A stretch of 64,000 bases of DNA from positions 26,102,001-26,166,000 of the forward strand of contig OZ336886.1 of assembly GCA_965287045.1 (NCBI GenBank), given 5' to 3'. The position numbers were made by a program, and so were the translations under genes. Position 1 is the first letter of the stretch. Each line of letters starts with the position of its first letter. Positions 26,600-39,151 of the stretch are shown in pieces. Source of the stretch: Carcharhinus amblyrhynchos (Eukaryota). Under the pieces are notes generated by a model. That model was given only the letters and a program-made list of their open reading frames with translations, did no database searches and was not told where the DNA came from.

Positions 26600-27392
26600 A
26601 GATTTCTAAACACCAGAAGCAGCAAGCTTTGGTCAGCACTCCTTGGACATCCCATTCTCAACAATGTTGAAACTAAGCATGTGTGTGAAAAAGACAAGAC
26701 TGCAGCATTTGCAATGATCCTCTTCTGGCTGAAGTGCTAAGTGGATGATTCAACCTGTCCTCCCGTTGATGCCCCAGAATCATGGGTGCCAGCCTTGAGG
26801 CCAATTCAATTCACTTGTGCTGATATCAAGGAATAGCTAAATGCATTGGATGCAGAAACGAACATGGGCTCCAACAACATTCTAGCTGTAGTACTGAAGC
26901 TGTGTGTTCCAGACTAGCCACAAAACAGTGATTCCAGTACAGCTACAACACTGGCATCAACTCAAAAAGTGGAAAGTGGTCCATAGGAAACAGGACAAAT
27001 CCAATCTGACCAACTGTTGCCCCTCAGCCAATTCTCAGTATCAGCAAAGTGATTGAAGGAATCATAGACAGTTCTATTGAATTGCCTTTACTCAGCAATA
27101 ACTTGCTGATTGATGCTCAGGTTTTCGTTAGCCAAAAGTATTCAGCTCCAGACCTCATTACATTCTTGACCCAAACATAGACAAAAGAGCTAAATTCCAG
27201 AAATGATATGAGAGTGACTGTTCTTGGCATCAGGGCAGCATTTGGTTGAATGTGATAAGGTGATCTATTAAAAGTAAGATCAGTGGGGCTTGAATAGAAA
27301 TCTTCCCACTCCTTGAGTTATATCTAGCATGAAAAAGATGGTTGAAGTTATTGGAGGCCATTCATCTCAACTCTGGGACATGGCTCCAGGAA
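26600..27392 (+). mobile_element. Old L2/CR1-group LINE ORF2 fragment
   Basis: Decayed IPILN..KDKTAAFA, MGSNNILAVVLKLC, SNNLLIDAQ and VLGIRAAFG segments, corresponding to the pre-RT and RT N-terminal region. Confidence 0.65.
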
Positions 27393-27404
27393 TTTAAAGA
27401 AATG

Positions 27405-27540
27405 ATTTATTAGTGTCACAGCAGGCTTACATGAACACTGCAATGAATTAACTGTGAAAATTCCCTAGTCACCACACTCTGGCACTTATTCAGGTACTTT
27501 GAGAGAAAAATTAGTGTGGCCAATGTATCAACAAGCTCAC
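27405..27540 (-). mobile_element. SINE 3' tail fragment
   Basis: tttattagtgtcacagcaggcttacatgaacactgcaatgaattaactgtgaaaattccctagtc, the same tail as the 111-406 SINE. Confidence 0.8.
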
Positions 27541-28357
27541 CTTTATAGCTTTCTCTTCTCCACTGCTTTACTCTGCAGGTGTCATTTTGGACAGCTTCAA
27601 AATTGCATTTGCCTTGGTGAAAATTCCATAAGTTCTAAGTGCCATTTCTACAATGGTGCTGGCCAACTTCTACATATCAGCATATAGCTTTCCCTCCCAG
27701 CCCCTTTCTCAAGCCATCAAAAATGTTTGAAGATGGCAGTGGAGGCAGGACTTAGGTTTTTGTGCCTTGGTAGCCATTTTCTTCATTAATCTAACTCTGT
27801 TTGTTTCTGTTTCAAGACCACAAAGTATCTCCATCATCAGCACATCATGGCTAATGTGTGCTATTTAAAGGATCGTTACGGACATGAGTGGAGTTAATTT
27901 AAACAGCCCTGATTTCTACTCTCACTACCCATCCATAAACAGAAAGTTTTTTTTTAATTTTTGATTTCCTCCTGTAAAAGTAATGGCCTTTTGTCCTCAA
28001 CCCTTACATTTGGAGTGTTCCAATCCTCTATTAATAACTTGCATGGCAAACCTGAGGTAAGATAAAATAAAGTGCTTTTCTTATTTTTAAACACACACAC
28101 ACGCACACACATACAATGTCCATCCTTTTTCATTCATAGAAAACAAAGAGTTGTCAGGGAAAGGAAGGTGATCCAGGGCCAAGCCACAACAAAATACAAG
28201 TTAGTGTCTTACACATGGAATGTTTCTTTGAGAGGAGGTTGACTGTTGCAGAGTTATCTTCTTTCCAGAAAATGAGACTTCCACCAATGGAAAAGGCACA
28301 TAGACTTGATTTAGTCCTGAAGGCACAAGTTCTGATGTTTCACTAGCAGTTACTTAT

Positions 28358-28642
28358 AAAAGTTTATTTATTTATTAGTCAGAAGTAAGGCTTACATTAA
28401 CACTGCAATGAAGTTACTGTGGAAATTCCCCTAGTCGCCACAGTCCGGAGCCTGTTCGAGTCAATGCACCAACCAGCATGTCTTTCAGAATGTGGGAGGA
28501 AACTGGAGCACCTGGAGGAAACCCACGCAGACATGGGGAGAACATGCAAACTCCACGCAGGTAGTGACCCAAACCTGGAATCGAACCCAGGACCATGGTG
28601 CTCTGAAGCAGCAGTGCTAACTACTGTGCCATCGTGCCACCC
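28358..28642 (-). mobile_element. tRNA-derived SINE (same family as 111-406)
   Basis: Head gggtggcacgatggcacagtagttagcactgctgc, B-box gggttcgattcc, and the aataaataaaaacttt tail. Confidence 0.9.
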
Positions 28643-28859
28643 AGTTATGAAGAGGACCAGAGTTTTTCTGCTGCTATGTGCTTGATTGTAAGATGGCAGT
28701 CAGTGCAGGCTGTTGGCTTAGAATTATTGTATCTCTTAGGAAGTCAAGTTGTAACTGCTTATAATTTCTAGCAGCTTAATCTTCACTGGGGACCGCTGTA
28801 GAATATCACAATCCTTTACTCATAAATGTGTTTTAGAGCTTATTGATGCTTCAGTACGG

Positions 28860-29330
28860 CACATAAATGCATCCAGTTCTCCCTGGATGAAGCCATCTGG
28901 GCTGTCAGAGCAATGGGATTTACAGAAATCTCCAACCTCTCATAGGTACAGCATGCAATCGACTGCACATATGTGGCATTAAGAGCTCCCTGGCAGCAGC
29001 CATGATGATTCATCAATAGAAAAATCCCAGCAGCTGATTTATGATCACCAAAAACAGAATATGCTTCAGAGGAGAGCTACAATATGGCTCATAATATGGT
29101 CCTTGATTAGACAAACTAATGGTGTGTTGAAGATGTGTTTCAAATATCTGGACTGGTCAGGCAGCGCTCTCAATTTTCTCTCTTGAGGGTCTCCCAGATC
29201 GTTGTGGTTTGCTGCATGTTACACAACCTGATGATACAAAGGAGAAATCAGTTGCTAGGTGGAGAGGTGAAGAAGTTGCCATCTCCTCCAATGAAGAGGT
29301 TATCAAAAGGGATGAGTTCAATGATGGTAA
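28860..29330 (+). pseudogene. Decayed HARBI1-like transposase, copy 3 (internally deleted)
   Basis: IQFSLDEA..VRAMGFTEIS..VQHAIDCTYVALRAPWQQP..FINRK, then IVVVCCMLHNLMIQR. Nucleotide homology with copy 1 continues past the ORF (4960-5330 vs 29360-29760). Confidence 0.85.
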
Positions 29331-30234
29331 ATATGCTGCGGGTTAAGGAAGAGGCCATAGCAGACATGCTTGTGAGATCATTAAACCATGAGGTTCCAGA
29401 CGATCAAGACAACTAGCTCATACAAACCCCTTTCACCTGTGCCCTCAATGTGGGCTTGACAATTATTGTTAACCTCAGTATCTCAATCAAGGACATTAAT
29501 CTCAGAATGAGTAGTCAAAATCTTGGGTGACAATGGCCACATCCTTGGAAAGATGGACAACCTCTGGAGCACGCTGCTATTCTGTTATGGGATAAGAACT
29601 CCACCCGTACATTCTGTGAAGAAATTGGGCATAGTGCCATCTTCTCAAGCTTTGCACCAACATTTCACTGCCTCCAGCAGGCCAGAGCAATATGACAAAT
29701 ATCAGTGCACTCATGGCAGTATGTCTGGGGCATTGCAAGGAACCTTGCAATTGGAGGCACATTTGACCTTTGCTACCAGGGATGGATCCTTACTTGCCCA
29801 AGTTCAACCTTGTCCTCTTTAATGGCTTGGTATGACTCCACCCCTGCAGCTGAACTGCCCTTTCTTCAAATTCCATCAGATGAATTTGAGAGGAGTTACA
29901 TGTTGCCTCCATTCAAACATTGCAGTTGTCTGGCAGAACATAACTGGGCTACAAATTGTTCGTAAACGTTATAGGCCAGCTCCATCCAGAGCATTGAGCC
30001 CATCCATAAGCAAGGAGAAGGCTCAGATTTACAGAGGTTGCTGATGCCCTCTGCATCTAAGTTCTGTTCCCCCCACCCCGCCATTCCATAATTTTCTCTG
30101 TATATTGAAGCGCAAAGGAGGCTCAGTGGTCACTCCAGCACAGACTGCATGCAACTATACCAGTGTCACTAAGGTTAATGTACTCTGACATATTGGTCTC
30201 ATTGTGGTTATAGGACGAGCTAAGGTTTGATTTT

Positions 30235-30659
30235 AGAACATAAGAACATAAGAAATAGGAGCAGGAGTAGGCCATCTAGCCCTTCGAGCCTGCCCCGCCA
30301 TTCAATAAGATCATGGCTGATCTGTTGTGGCTCAGTTCCACTTTCCCGCCCTCTCCCCATAACCCTTAATCCCCTCTCTTATCAAGAACCCATCAACCCG
30401 CTTCTTAAAAATATTTAGCGAGGCAGCCTCCACACTTCAACGGGCAGAGAATTCCAGAGATTCACCACCCTTTGAGTGAAGAAGTTCCTCCTCAACTCCG
30501 TTCTAAACCGCCTCCCCTTTATCTTGAGGCTGTGCCCCCTAGTCCTACTGTCTTTTTTGAGCGGGAAGAGTCTCTCCACCTCTATCCTATCCATCCCATT
30601 CATCATCTTATACGTCTCAATGAGATCTCCCCTCATTCTTCTAAACTCTAACGAGTACA
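30235..30659 (-). mobile_element. Young 5'-truncated CR1 (425 bp)
   Basis: Reverse complement of 49134-49559; by eye I found one substitution and one 1-bp deletion. Has the (ttcttatg)n tail. Confidence 0.95.
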
Positions 30660-30699
30660 TATCAGTCTCATTGTGGTATGCAACTAGCTGAGGAATTAC

Positions 30700-30960
30700 T
30701 TAGCTTGGTGGAGCAAATAAGATTGTTCACCCTCTTGAGGCATTGTACCACTCTTGACACAATGCCTCAAGAGGGTAAACAACCTTATTTGCTCTTCTTC
30801 ACAACCTGGCCACTGATAGCATCAGCCACCTGTACCCATGCAGGATTGCTTTTCCTGTTTGGTCTCCTCCCAGAAGGCAGATACAATATATTCACAAAGA
30901 CCAGGACATAGTCCAGGATATTGCAAAGGGAATCATTTTTAGTCACAGTAAATGATCCTG
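30700..30960 (-). pseudogene. Harbinger Myb/SANT-like ORF relic, convergent with transposase copy 3
   Basis: The reverse strand reads NILYLPSGRRPNRKSNPAWVQVADAISGQVVKK [insertion] RVVQCLKRVNNLICSTK, followed by a decayed donor aag|ctaagt. This matches the AW..VA..R...QC.K..NDL pattern of Myb_DNA-bind_5. Confidence 0.75.
30711..30794. repeat. 84-bp near-perfect hairpin (36-bp arms, 12-nt loop)
   Basis: gagcaaataagattgttcaccctcttgaggcattgt ... acaatgcctcaagagggtaaacaaccttatttgctc; 2 mismatches between the arms. Confidence 0.95.
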
Positions 30961-32935
30961 GTGAAAGAAGCACTTCACACTGATTAGTAGTACATTAACA
31001 AGCATCACTAAACTTCAACACTGGGCCTTCACTTCTCTTTCCATAGTTTGTATTTTAAGTATGGCACCTGGATATGAAGACAGGCATGCACCAACCAGCC
31101 CACCCCACCACGGAAAATATTACAAAACTCCCAGCTGCATAATTAATGACAACAGGACTGGAAGATACTGCTGGATTTCCTACCATCCCCCAGAAACATT
31201 CCCTGTGACTGCCCTGGGACTTAGTTCTGGATTGGAGAATTCTGCCCCTTGTTTCTGCAGTGGAAAAATCTGTATTATCTGTAATATTTGTAATTAGCTA
31301 GGAACTATTTTTTATGTGTCAGTGTTCCAGCTGGGATAACTTTTCACAGCTGCACTACGGAGTCATGTGACAGAATAGAACCAGCTCAAATCGGCCCTTC
31401 TTGTGTACAAGGCAGCCTGACAAATATTAACTACAAAGAACTCTCACCTTTCCAAGCCTAAGATGTAATTATTATCAAATCTGGGAACCAAAAGGCAACA
31501 AAAGGTCCACACCTTGGCTATGAATAATAAAAACAAATTCTCGAATAATCAGTTGCTTTGTCCTTAATTGCAATAACTTCCTCACAACAATAGGTCTATA
31601 ACATCAGATGATCATTCACCAAAGATAAAATTGCCCAAATTTAGGAGAACTAAGCACAATGTTAATAAATTGCAACATCTCAACTTCAGAAAATTACAAT
31701 TCTGTATATTTACCCTTTAAAGCAGTCCAACTGAAAGCACAAGAGTTTTCTACTGCAAACAAGCTTTTCAATGTTAATCATTAAGTGACCCTTAAATGTT
31801 ATGAATGCATGATTGATTGCACACAGTCCTCATAACAGCTTGTATTCACATCAAAGCATTTCCAAAGAACTTCACTGAGCTTGAATTTTGTTTAGTGTTT
31901 TCCAAAAACAGTGCCTCATGATTAGAAACCTCAAAAAATTTATCAGTCTGTGCCTTGCTACATATTTAAGGAGGAGGATGTTTTCTTGCTGATTTTTTAA
32001 ATATGGTGACAGCCACTAAAGTGATGTTTACATGGGTAAGTTATTTTCTGGAATTAAGAATCAGGAATGTTTCTGTTAGCTATGAGTCTCTAAGCAGATG
32101 TAGTTAATGTACTGTCAAGTGAAATTTTATCATTAAAAACATTGGATTTAATAGCTGAATTTTGTGGTAGTATAGGTTCCATTCTTACATTTTATTTGCA
32201 TATTTCATAGAGAAGCCTTTCGTAGAGAAACTATTTCATAAAGAAATTGCTTTTAACGATTGACAGTAGATTACCTGAGCTTTAGGTAGTACTATTTAAA
32301 GAATTATAGACAGTTTGTTGTTGTATTATTACAGATTATTATTGATATGATTATGGCCATGATAATTGTATGGTAGCTCTTGTAAATACTTTTTCAAAGA
32401 TCTGAGCTGGATGACCTAACCTTTAAAAACTCTGCTTTGTTGATTAGATCTGTGTCAGGCATGAGAATAAAAGGGCTTGTAACTATACTTTCTTCATAGA
32501 TAATAACTTCAATCTTGTTCCAAGACATGATAAATTATTTATAAATAAAATTAACAAAATGCTCCTAGTCTTGGTGTTTGTATATTAATCTATTCAGGGG
32601 AATTTGAACATTTGAACTTCTTTTTGTAAAGATGCAAGTTTCAGTACCATTTTAGCTAAGTTTCTGATTTCAATTTTGTCGCTATATGAATCATCATGCA
32701 GAGTTCAGATGCCTATTTTTTGAAGGAGGCAAATGAGAGGGAAATTATGATGAGGCTGTGGTTGTATGTTTCCACTGGACATTAGACTGACAGCCTTGAT
32801 TTTAAAAAAAGGCTGTTTTTCTGACCACCATTTTAACTGTCGCAAGTTGTAATAACCCCCACGAGGTCAACGCAGAATCACTGATTGATCTCTCGATGGG
32901 GCTCGATGAGTACATGTTCCACTAGTGACCTGCCC

Positions 32936-33077
32936 AGCTGGAATTCATTGGCTGTAATTTTACTGCACCACCTGTCACAGGAATTGGAACAGGCAGGAGG
33001 CAGACCATGGAAAGATCCATTGACCTCGGATGGGATTTTATGGTTTCAGGACAAACAAGGCCATAAAATCCTACCCA
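32936..33077 (+). mobile_element. Short (~130-140 bp) MITE
   Basis: agctggaattc...cataaaatcctaccc; same family as 40929-41056, 42262-42386 and 59719-59845. Related short elements lie near 31115, 42603, 52345 and 55002. Confidence 0.65.
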
Positions 33078-33639
33078 TTATGTGAGTCTTTTATAAGGCA
33101 GGCATAGGATTGGGCCTGCTAATTGGTAGTCCCAGGCAAGGATTGTTGTGTGTACACCACAGTAGTGGTTTTACTTTTTATTCTGTAATGAGCTGTGTTC
33201 CTTTCCAGTCAGTCTTCCTGAGTCATTATGCAAGTGCAATGTAAAATAATAGAAAAAGTAAAGGGGCGAAGAAGAATTCTGTATACTCATCCTGAAACCA
33301 AAGTAAACATTTTGAATATCACTTAATTTGAAATTTTTGGCAATTTTTACCGTCTTGTTTTCCTGTCCAATTCTCACATGCTTCGTAAACCACTAAGGAT
33401 GGAGACTCTAACTTAATGAAAATAGTTCCCAGTCAGTGAAGTATTTTGGGGTGAGAACAAAGTTTCATTACCAAGATTGAGATAAATCATCTGATCTGTT
33501 CAATGTGCTTTGGTCAGGATAGCTTCATTGGTTTTCATTAGCTTGGGATCTTTTACATACCCGAACATTACATACCCTTGCATAATTTCATTCTGCAGGT
33601 GAGCACATAATATAGTTGACATTCAGTGCAATGCTTTAA

Positions 33640-33830
33640 TGGTAGGAATATGTCCGAGTTGCTTTCTTTTGTGCAAGAGGGTAGACTGAAGCCCTGTGTG
33701 CCATCTAAGGTATGTAAAAGATCCCAAACTAAGGAAAACCAATGAAGCTATCCTAACCAAAGTTTATTGTTTTACAAAGAACATTGAACATTGATTTATC
33801 TCAACTCTGGTAATGAGACTTTGTTCTTAC
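33640..33830 (+). mobile_element. DeuSINE-like (SacSINE1-type) fragment
   Basis: gtatgtaaaagatccca...tcctaaccaaagtttat resembles the Deu core domain; highly decayed. Confidence 0.45.
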
Positions 33831-36365
33831 CCCAAAAATACTTCACTAGCTAGGAATTATTTTCATTAAGTTAGAATTTCTCATTCTTCGTGGTTTACAA
33901 AGCATCTAAGTTCTTCCATTGCTGTCTGTCCAGAGCAAGAAATGTAACTCCATCAAAGTATCAGCCTGCCTTGCAACCAGCAGATTGTGATTCTTCATAG
34001 TTGATGTTTACATTTATAATAAACTTGTGATCTCTCTGAGTTGTTTCCATTATTAAAAAACATTCTTAGCCTCACAATATGTGAGCAGGAAGATAGGTGG
34101 CCTATCTTTCAACCTGTCTGATTTGGGTGGTCACATTCCTACCCGAATGAATATCCTAGAAGCATGTTTCCCTCACACAAAAGCAAACTAGAGTGCTAGT
34201 AAAGATGTGCTTTGTAGCATCTTGAGTATGTGCAATGTACTATATAAATGCGATTTGTTCAATGGGCAATAAATGTTGGCCTAGTCAGTGACGCCCACAT
34301 CTCATAAATGTTTTGTTTTAAAATGACAACTCACTAGCATGCTGGTATAAAAGTAAAAACCCTGCTGTGACTCAGGTTAAATCCATTTCTTCAGTCGATT
34401 CAAGTCCAAAGTACAAGGATAAGCAAATAACTGTCAGCAGGAGGATTTTTACTGTTATTTTGTGAAGGCTAAAATCTGATAGTAACTATCCCATTGCAAA
34501 ATGGAAACAAGCAGTCATATAATGGATAATAACATTCTCCAAATGTAGAAGGTAATTTTATCATAACATGAATTCTGCAGCAAAAATCAACATTTAAAAT
34601 GCAGTTCTAATGGCAATAGTTAAACACTACCATTACTCCCTGTTTTTCATTATATCAAATATTTCTCCCCCATTATTAAAGATATACTTGTGTACAGTTT
34701 TTTCTTATTTTTCTCAAAATAATTTAAACTTCTTTTGATTAAGGTTGTTGTGTTCTTGGCTATAACCATCCAGTTTAGAACTGTGAACAACATCTTAAAA
34801 AACAACTGTCAATTTTTGGGATCCAGTTATAATTTGCAAGAATGGCCAGAAGCTAATCAAGAACCTGGATAAAGTGGATCCTGACTTGATGCCAAAGTAT
34901 CTAGGAAAGTCTGTTGCGGGCAGAAGCATTGCCTATCCCAAATATGCCGATCACCAGAGGGAAGTGAATTAGAAGCTGGATCAGCAAAGTTACATTTCAT
35001 TGAATCAGTTAACATCCCTGACAACTGGAATAAGAATATAAGAAAATGTGCAGGAATAGACCATATCAGTATGCTTTACTATTCAATAATATATTAAGTT
35101 CATATCAACTCCACTTTAGTGGCTTAGACCCTTGAAGACAAGCAGAATTTCTTTTCAACAGACTTTCCCTTGACCCTGTAAACTTTAACATGCAGATCTC
35201 AGACCTTGTGCTTAGTTGCAGCTCCTGTGAACTTTGGGATTCTAGTCTCCAGATGAAAATTAGCTCCAAACTCTATTTTTAACCCCCTTCAATATCAAAA
35301 TATAATATAAGTATAAGTTGTTTAGTAGTTGCTGGAGTGTATTTTTGCTTTGGTGTGTTTACTCGCCAGCATAGCGTTGTACAGGTTAAGGCTGAGTGGT
35401 GACAAGGTATGTTGGGGCTTCAACGAACAGCCACATGCATTTGTAGAATACATGTCAATTCTGTGACCTTCCAATGTGGAAAGATACATCTTTGTCAGAC
35501 AGTGACAGAAGTCTCTTATGCAGAGAAAATTGGACAGTAATGGAAGGGTCATATACTGGAGACCAGTAACAGTGCAATGTTAGGAATGGCCTAGGGGGTG
35601 GGCCACCACCTTCTACTAGTAGAAACATTTGGCAAGAATATAAAGATGGAAAAAACATTTCCAAATGAAGTTTCTTTATTTGGAAATTTTTTTCCATCTT
35701 TACATTCAAAAACAATACAGTGAACATTTTTTAAAGTCTGGGGGAATATAATGTTCAAAAGGATGAATTCCTGTTGAATATTATGACACAAGAAGGTACT
35801 TATTGCAATAACTGAGTAGCTACAAATGGGAACATTTTCTATCACTGTTATTAATGAATTTGAACAACTTGAGGAGCAAATATATTTATAATAATAAATA
35901 GGTTATTTATTTATAGTAAAATTCATATGATTTAACAAAACAACCGCAGAATACGTTCTAGGCATGGATGGAAACTGGCCTAACATTACAAAATAAAGAA
36001 GTAATTCAATCTGAAAAGATAACAGCTCTATTCTTCTGGATGGAGCCAGTGTGATCTCTGCCTTGAATTCTAACAGAGCTGTCTTTTGTCCATTTTGAGG
36101 GGAGACTTTCTCAGTTATTTCATGCATGACTTGAAAATGTTCCAATAGCGACAAAGTATGACTAACAAACAGGTTTTAAGTGTATTTGAAACTGAAAAAC
36201 AATTTATAGTTTATTGGGTCAATGTGCCTAATACTTGAAAAGACTGAGCAAAGCTGTAAAGCTTTTAAAGTGTAATCAATCCTGAAGTGAGCGAGCAGAT
36301 TGGGTTACAAAGTTTCTACACATTATAAAACATTTATTTGTGTCGTCTCTTCTTTCATACAATAG

Positions 36366-36391
36366 AATTGCGCACTGCAATGGAAATGAAG
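36366..36391 (+). other. Candidate 26-nt 5' UTR exon of the unidentified gene
   Basis: Pyrimidine tract cttctctttcatacaatag acceptor and a consensus donor aag|gtaagt. The next acceptor is ttttttgcacttctcag at 36534. Confidence 0.5.
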
Positions 36392-36689
36392 GTAAGTACA
36401 TGTGTTAGAGAAATGCATGTTGCCGATTTGTAAGAAAATGACCCTTCACAATATCTGTCTTTGTTGGATTTGACAATTTTAACAAGGTTAAATTTATTGA
36501 TAATGTAATATTGTGGGTTTTTTGCACTTCTCAGGTTCTTCGAATATTGCTGTTCTGTTCCTGAGTGAAATATGTGAGCTGGATCTCCAATTGGAAGAAT
36601 TTTACTTCCTGATTAGGTCATCAAATAGCAGAAAGTGAAATACACTGTCTCACCTGTAATGCCTGAGAAATACTGACAGCTGTGGAACA

Positions 36690-37304
36690 ATGGAGCTGTC
36701 TTTTCAATTACCGACAACTCTCACAAATGAGAAATGTGAGGGCAACTACTGGGAATTTATGATGTCGCAGGTAAAGATTTTGCCATCCAGACGATTTGTG
36801 GGAAACAGTAGTTTGGAAAACATGTCATTTCAGGTTCAAAAAACACAGAGAAGAGTCACGGGGGACTTTAAGAAAAGAGCAGCTCCACCAGCTTCCCGGA
36901 CTGCATCAATGCCAGACCTGTCTGGTGAGCACGTTATACACACACCAAGCTTGAACAACCAGAATGTAAATGACAGATATGGCTACAAAGAAGGATTGAA
37001 TCAGTATTCTCCAGGTTCTAGAAAGTATACATCCAACATGAAGTACCCCGATATTCCTTTTATAGCATATGCCCACAGGATACAAGATTCTACAGCTTAC
37101 AGCGCAGCTAACATTGAAACCGCATTTGGTTCAAGCATTGAGACAATACGAATAAAGAACGCATGCATGCAAAAGAAAGAGTATGTTACGCTAGTAACAT
37201 CTGATACTGTAAAATACCACCAATTACCTAAGCGAAACATTGTTGCAATTTATATTGTCGATGAAAACCAAAGCAACAATAAAGAAATAATACATTACAC
37301 AGAG
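36690..37304 (+). CDS. Probable first coding exon (205 codons) of an unidentified, likely disordered-N-terminus protein
   Basis: Longest non-repeat ORF in the window, in AT-rich unique DNA. The ATG has a strong Kozak context (acaATGG) with an upstream in-frame stop at 36657. The exon acceptor is at 36534 and the donor gag|gtaaga lies just before the ORF stop (phase 0). Confidence 0.65.
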
Positions 37305-38023
37305 GTAAGACAATAATTTCAAAATGCTGATATTACTTCAATTATACTAAAAAGTAATTACTCCCCATTAATCAGAGTATCATTTACAACTTCAGAATAC
37401 ATCTTAAAGTCACTGTTTTTTGTTAGAATACATTGTTGTATATTTATACATTGCAGAGTACATGAGGTTAAAATGCAGAATGATAGGGAATAAGTCCAAC
37501 ATAAAGGCAAATACTTGATGATCCAAAGCACTTTAACAACTGACCAGGTTGTTGGTGTTTCTATAAGTCTGTCTATCCAGATATCTCTCTTCTGTATTTC
37601 TAGCAAAATTGGAAACATTCTTTCAGGTATCCATAGCAACATTTTGCTGAAAAGACCTACCTAAGAACATTAATAGGTATTGACTTCATGGACAAAAACC
37701 TATAGGGGAGCAAATCCCAGTGTGAGTACTAAAATGCAACAGATAAGGGCCATCATTGATGATCCCCAGGAAAGCTTGCAGGGTCAGTAAAGGGTCAGTT
37801 GGTTTCAATTCTGCTAGTATGCACCCACGACACTAGGGATACATCCATGGCATCTACCTCCTCCCTTGTTCCCTCCCTTGAAACAAGTTTGAAATGGCCC
37901 TAACAACCTGGTTAAGAAGGAATCCCCTTCATCCTTGTGTCACCTTGGGTTCAATTCTGGGCTGGAAACTCAAGCTCCACTCTAATTAGTTGGTGACGTG
38001 GTATGCATCTTATTAGCTGCATC

Positions 38024-38439
38024 TTGATTTGTTTTGATTTATTATTGTCACATATATTAGTATATTGTGAAAAGTATTGTTTCTTGCACACTATACAGAT
38101 AAAGCATACCATACATAGAGAAGGAAGGGAGAGAGTGGAGAATATGGTGTTACAATCATAGCTAGGACGTAGAGAAAGATCAACTTCATGTGATGTAGGT
38201 CCATTCAAAAGTCTGATGGCAGCAGGGAAAAAGCTGTTTTTGAGTTGGTTGGTACATGATCTCAGACTTTGTATCTTTTTCCTGATGGAAGAAGGGGGAA
38301 GAGAGCATGTCCGGACTGCATGGGATCCTTGAGTATGCTGGCTTCTTTTCCGAGGCAGAGGGAAGTGCAGACAGTGTCAGTGGATGGGAGGCTGGTCTGT
38401 GTGATGGATTGGGCTACATGCTGTACCCTTTGTAGTTTC
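38024..38439 (-). mobile_element. Rex1/Babar-type LINE 3' fragment
   Basis: Same 3' UTR and aataaatcaaa tail as 6750-7470 and 61045-62344. Confidence 0.85.
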
Positions 38440-39151
38440 AATTGACCTAATGCCCACTTCCATTCTAGAATGAAGAACCAGGAATCTCCTGACTTAAGGA
38501 GTCTCTGCTCCCAGTCCAGTCCCCATTTGCACTGATGGCTTTGTCTATGGTAAACAGAGACTCTGATGGCAATTCACTTGTTTGATCATGACCTGGCATA
38601 TCAGATCCTTGCCTCAGTTCCTACTGTGGGAGAGTATATGGACACAGCTGTAGATTTTCAGCATCATATCAATATTGACGCCTTTGGCCTTGTTAATTTC
38701 TGTGTAAATAACTAACTGTTACCTGGAAAATGGGTAGCCTAATAAGTTGTTGAAAGAGACTTCTAGCTCTGTGATCTGATATGGTAGGTTTCCAGCAACC
38801 TGCATTTTCCAACATAAAGAATCAAGACTAGAGATTGCTTAACATTTTTCTGTTGGCAGCGTGGTATTTTAGATTAGAAGTGTTTCCTCTCTGTCAGATA
38901 TTATTTCCTTTAATAAATCTTTAATGTAGGAATTTTAGTAAATAGAACCATGGTTTCATAATCCCTTTGTCAGGTTATTCAGTACACAACGACAATCATT
39001 AATATTCCTAAGCTAATCAAGACATTCACAAATCCCAGAACATCTTAAAAGGACAGTTCTGTCACAATTATAATTGTGCATATCTCAACAGTCACTTATT
39101 ATTATGGTGAAGTATTATTTATGTCCATTTAAACTACATGCCTAATCTCAG

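Noticed and set aside
35330-35406. Possible upstream exon encoding a hydrophobic stretch (LLECIFALVCLLASIALY) with donor aag|gtatgt
   Set aside because: The acceptor is weak and joining to the 36366 exon gives a stop; at most a UTR exon, and unsupported.
36690-37304. Naming the gene (faint resemblance to the MLIP N-terminus or to small-exon adaptor genes such as CLNK)
   Set aside because: The similarity is too weak to support by eye; a database search is needed.
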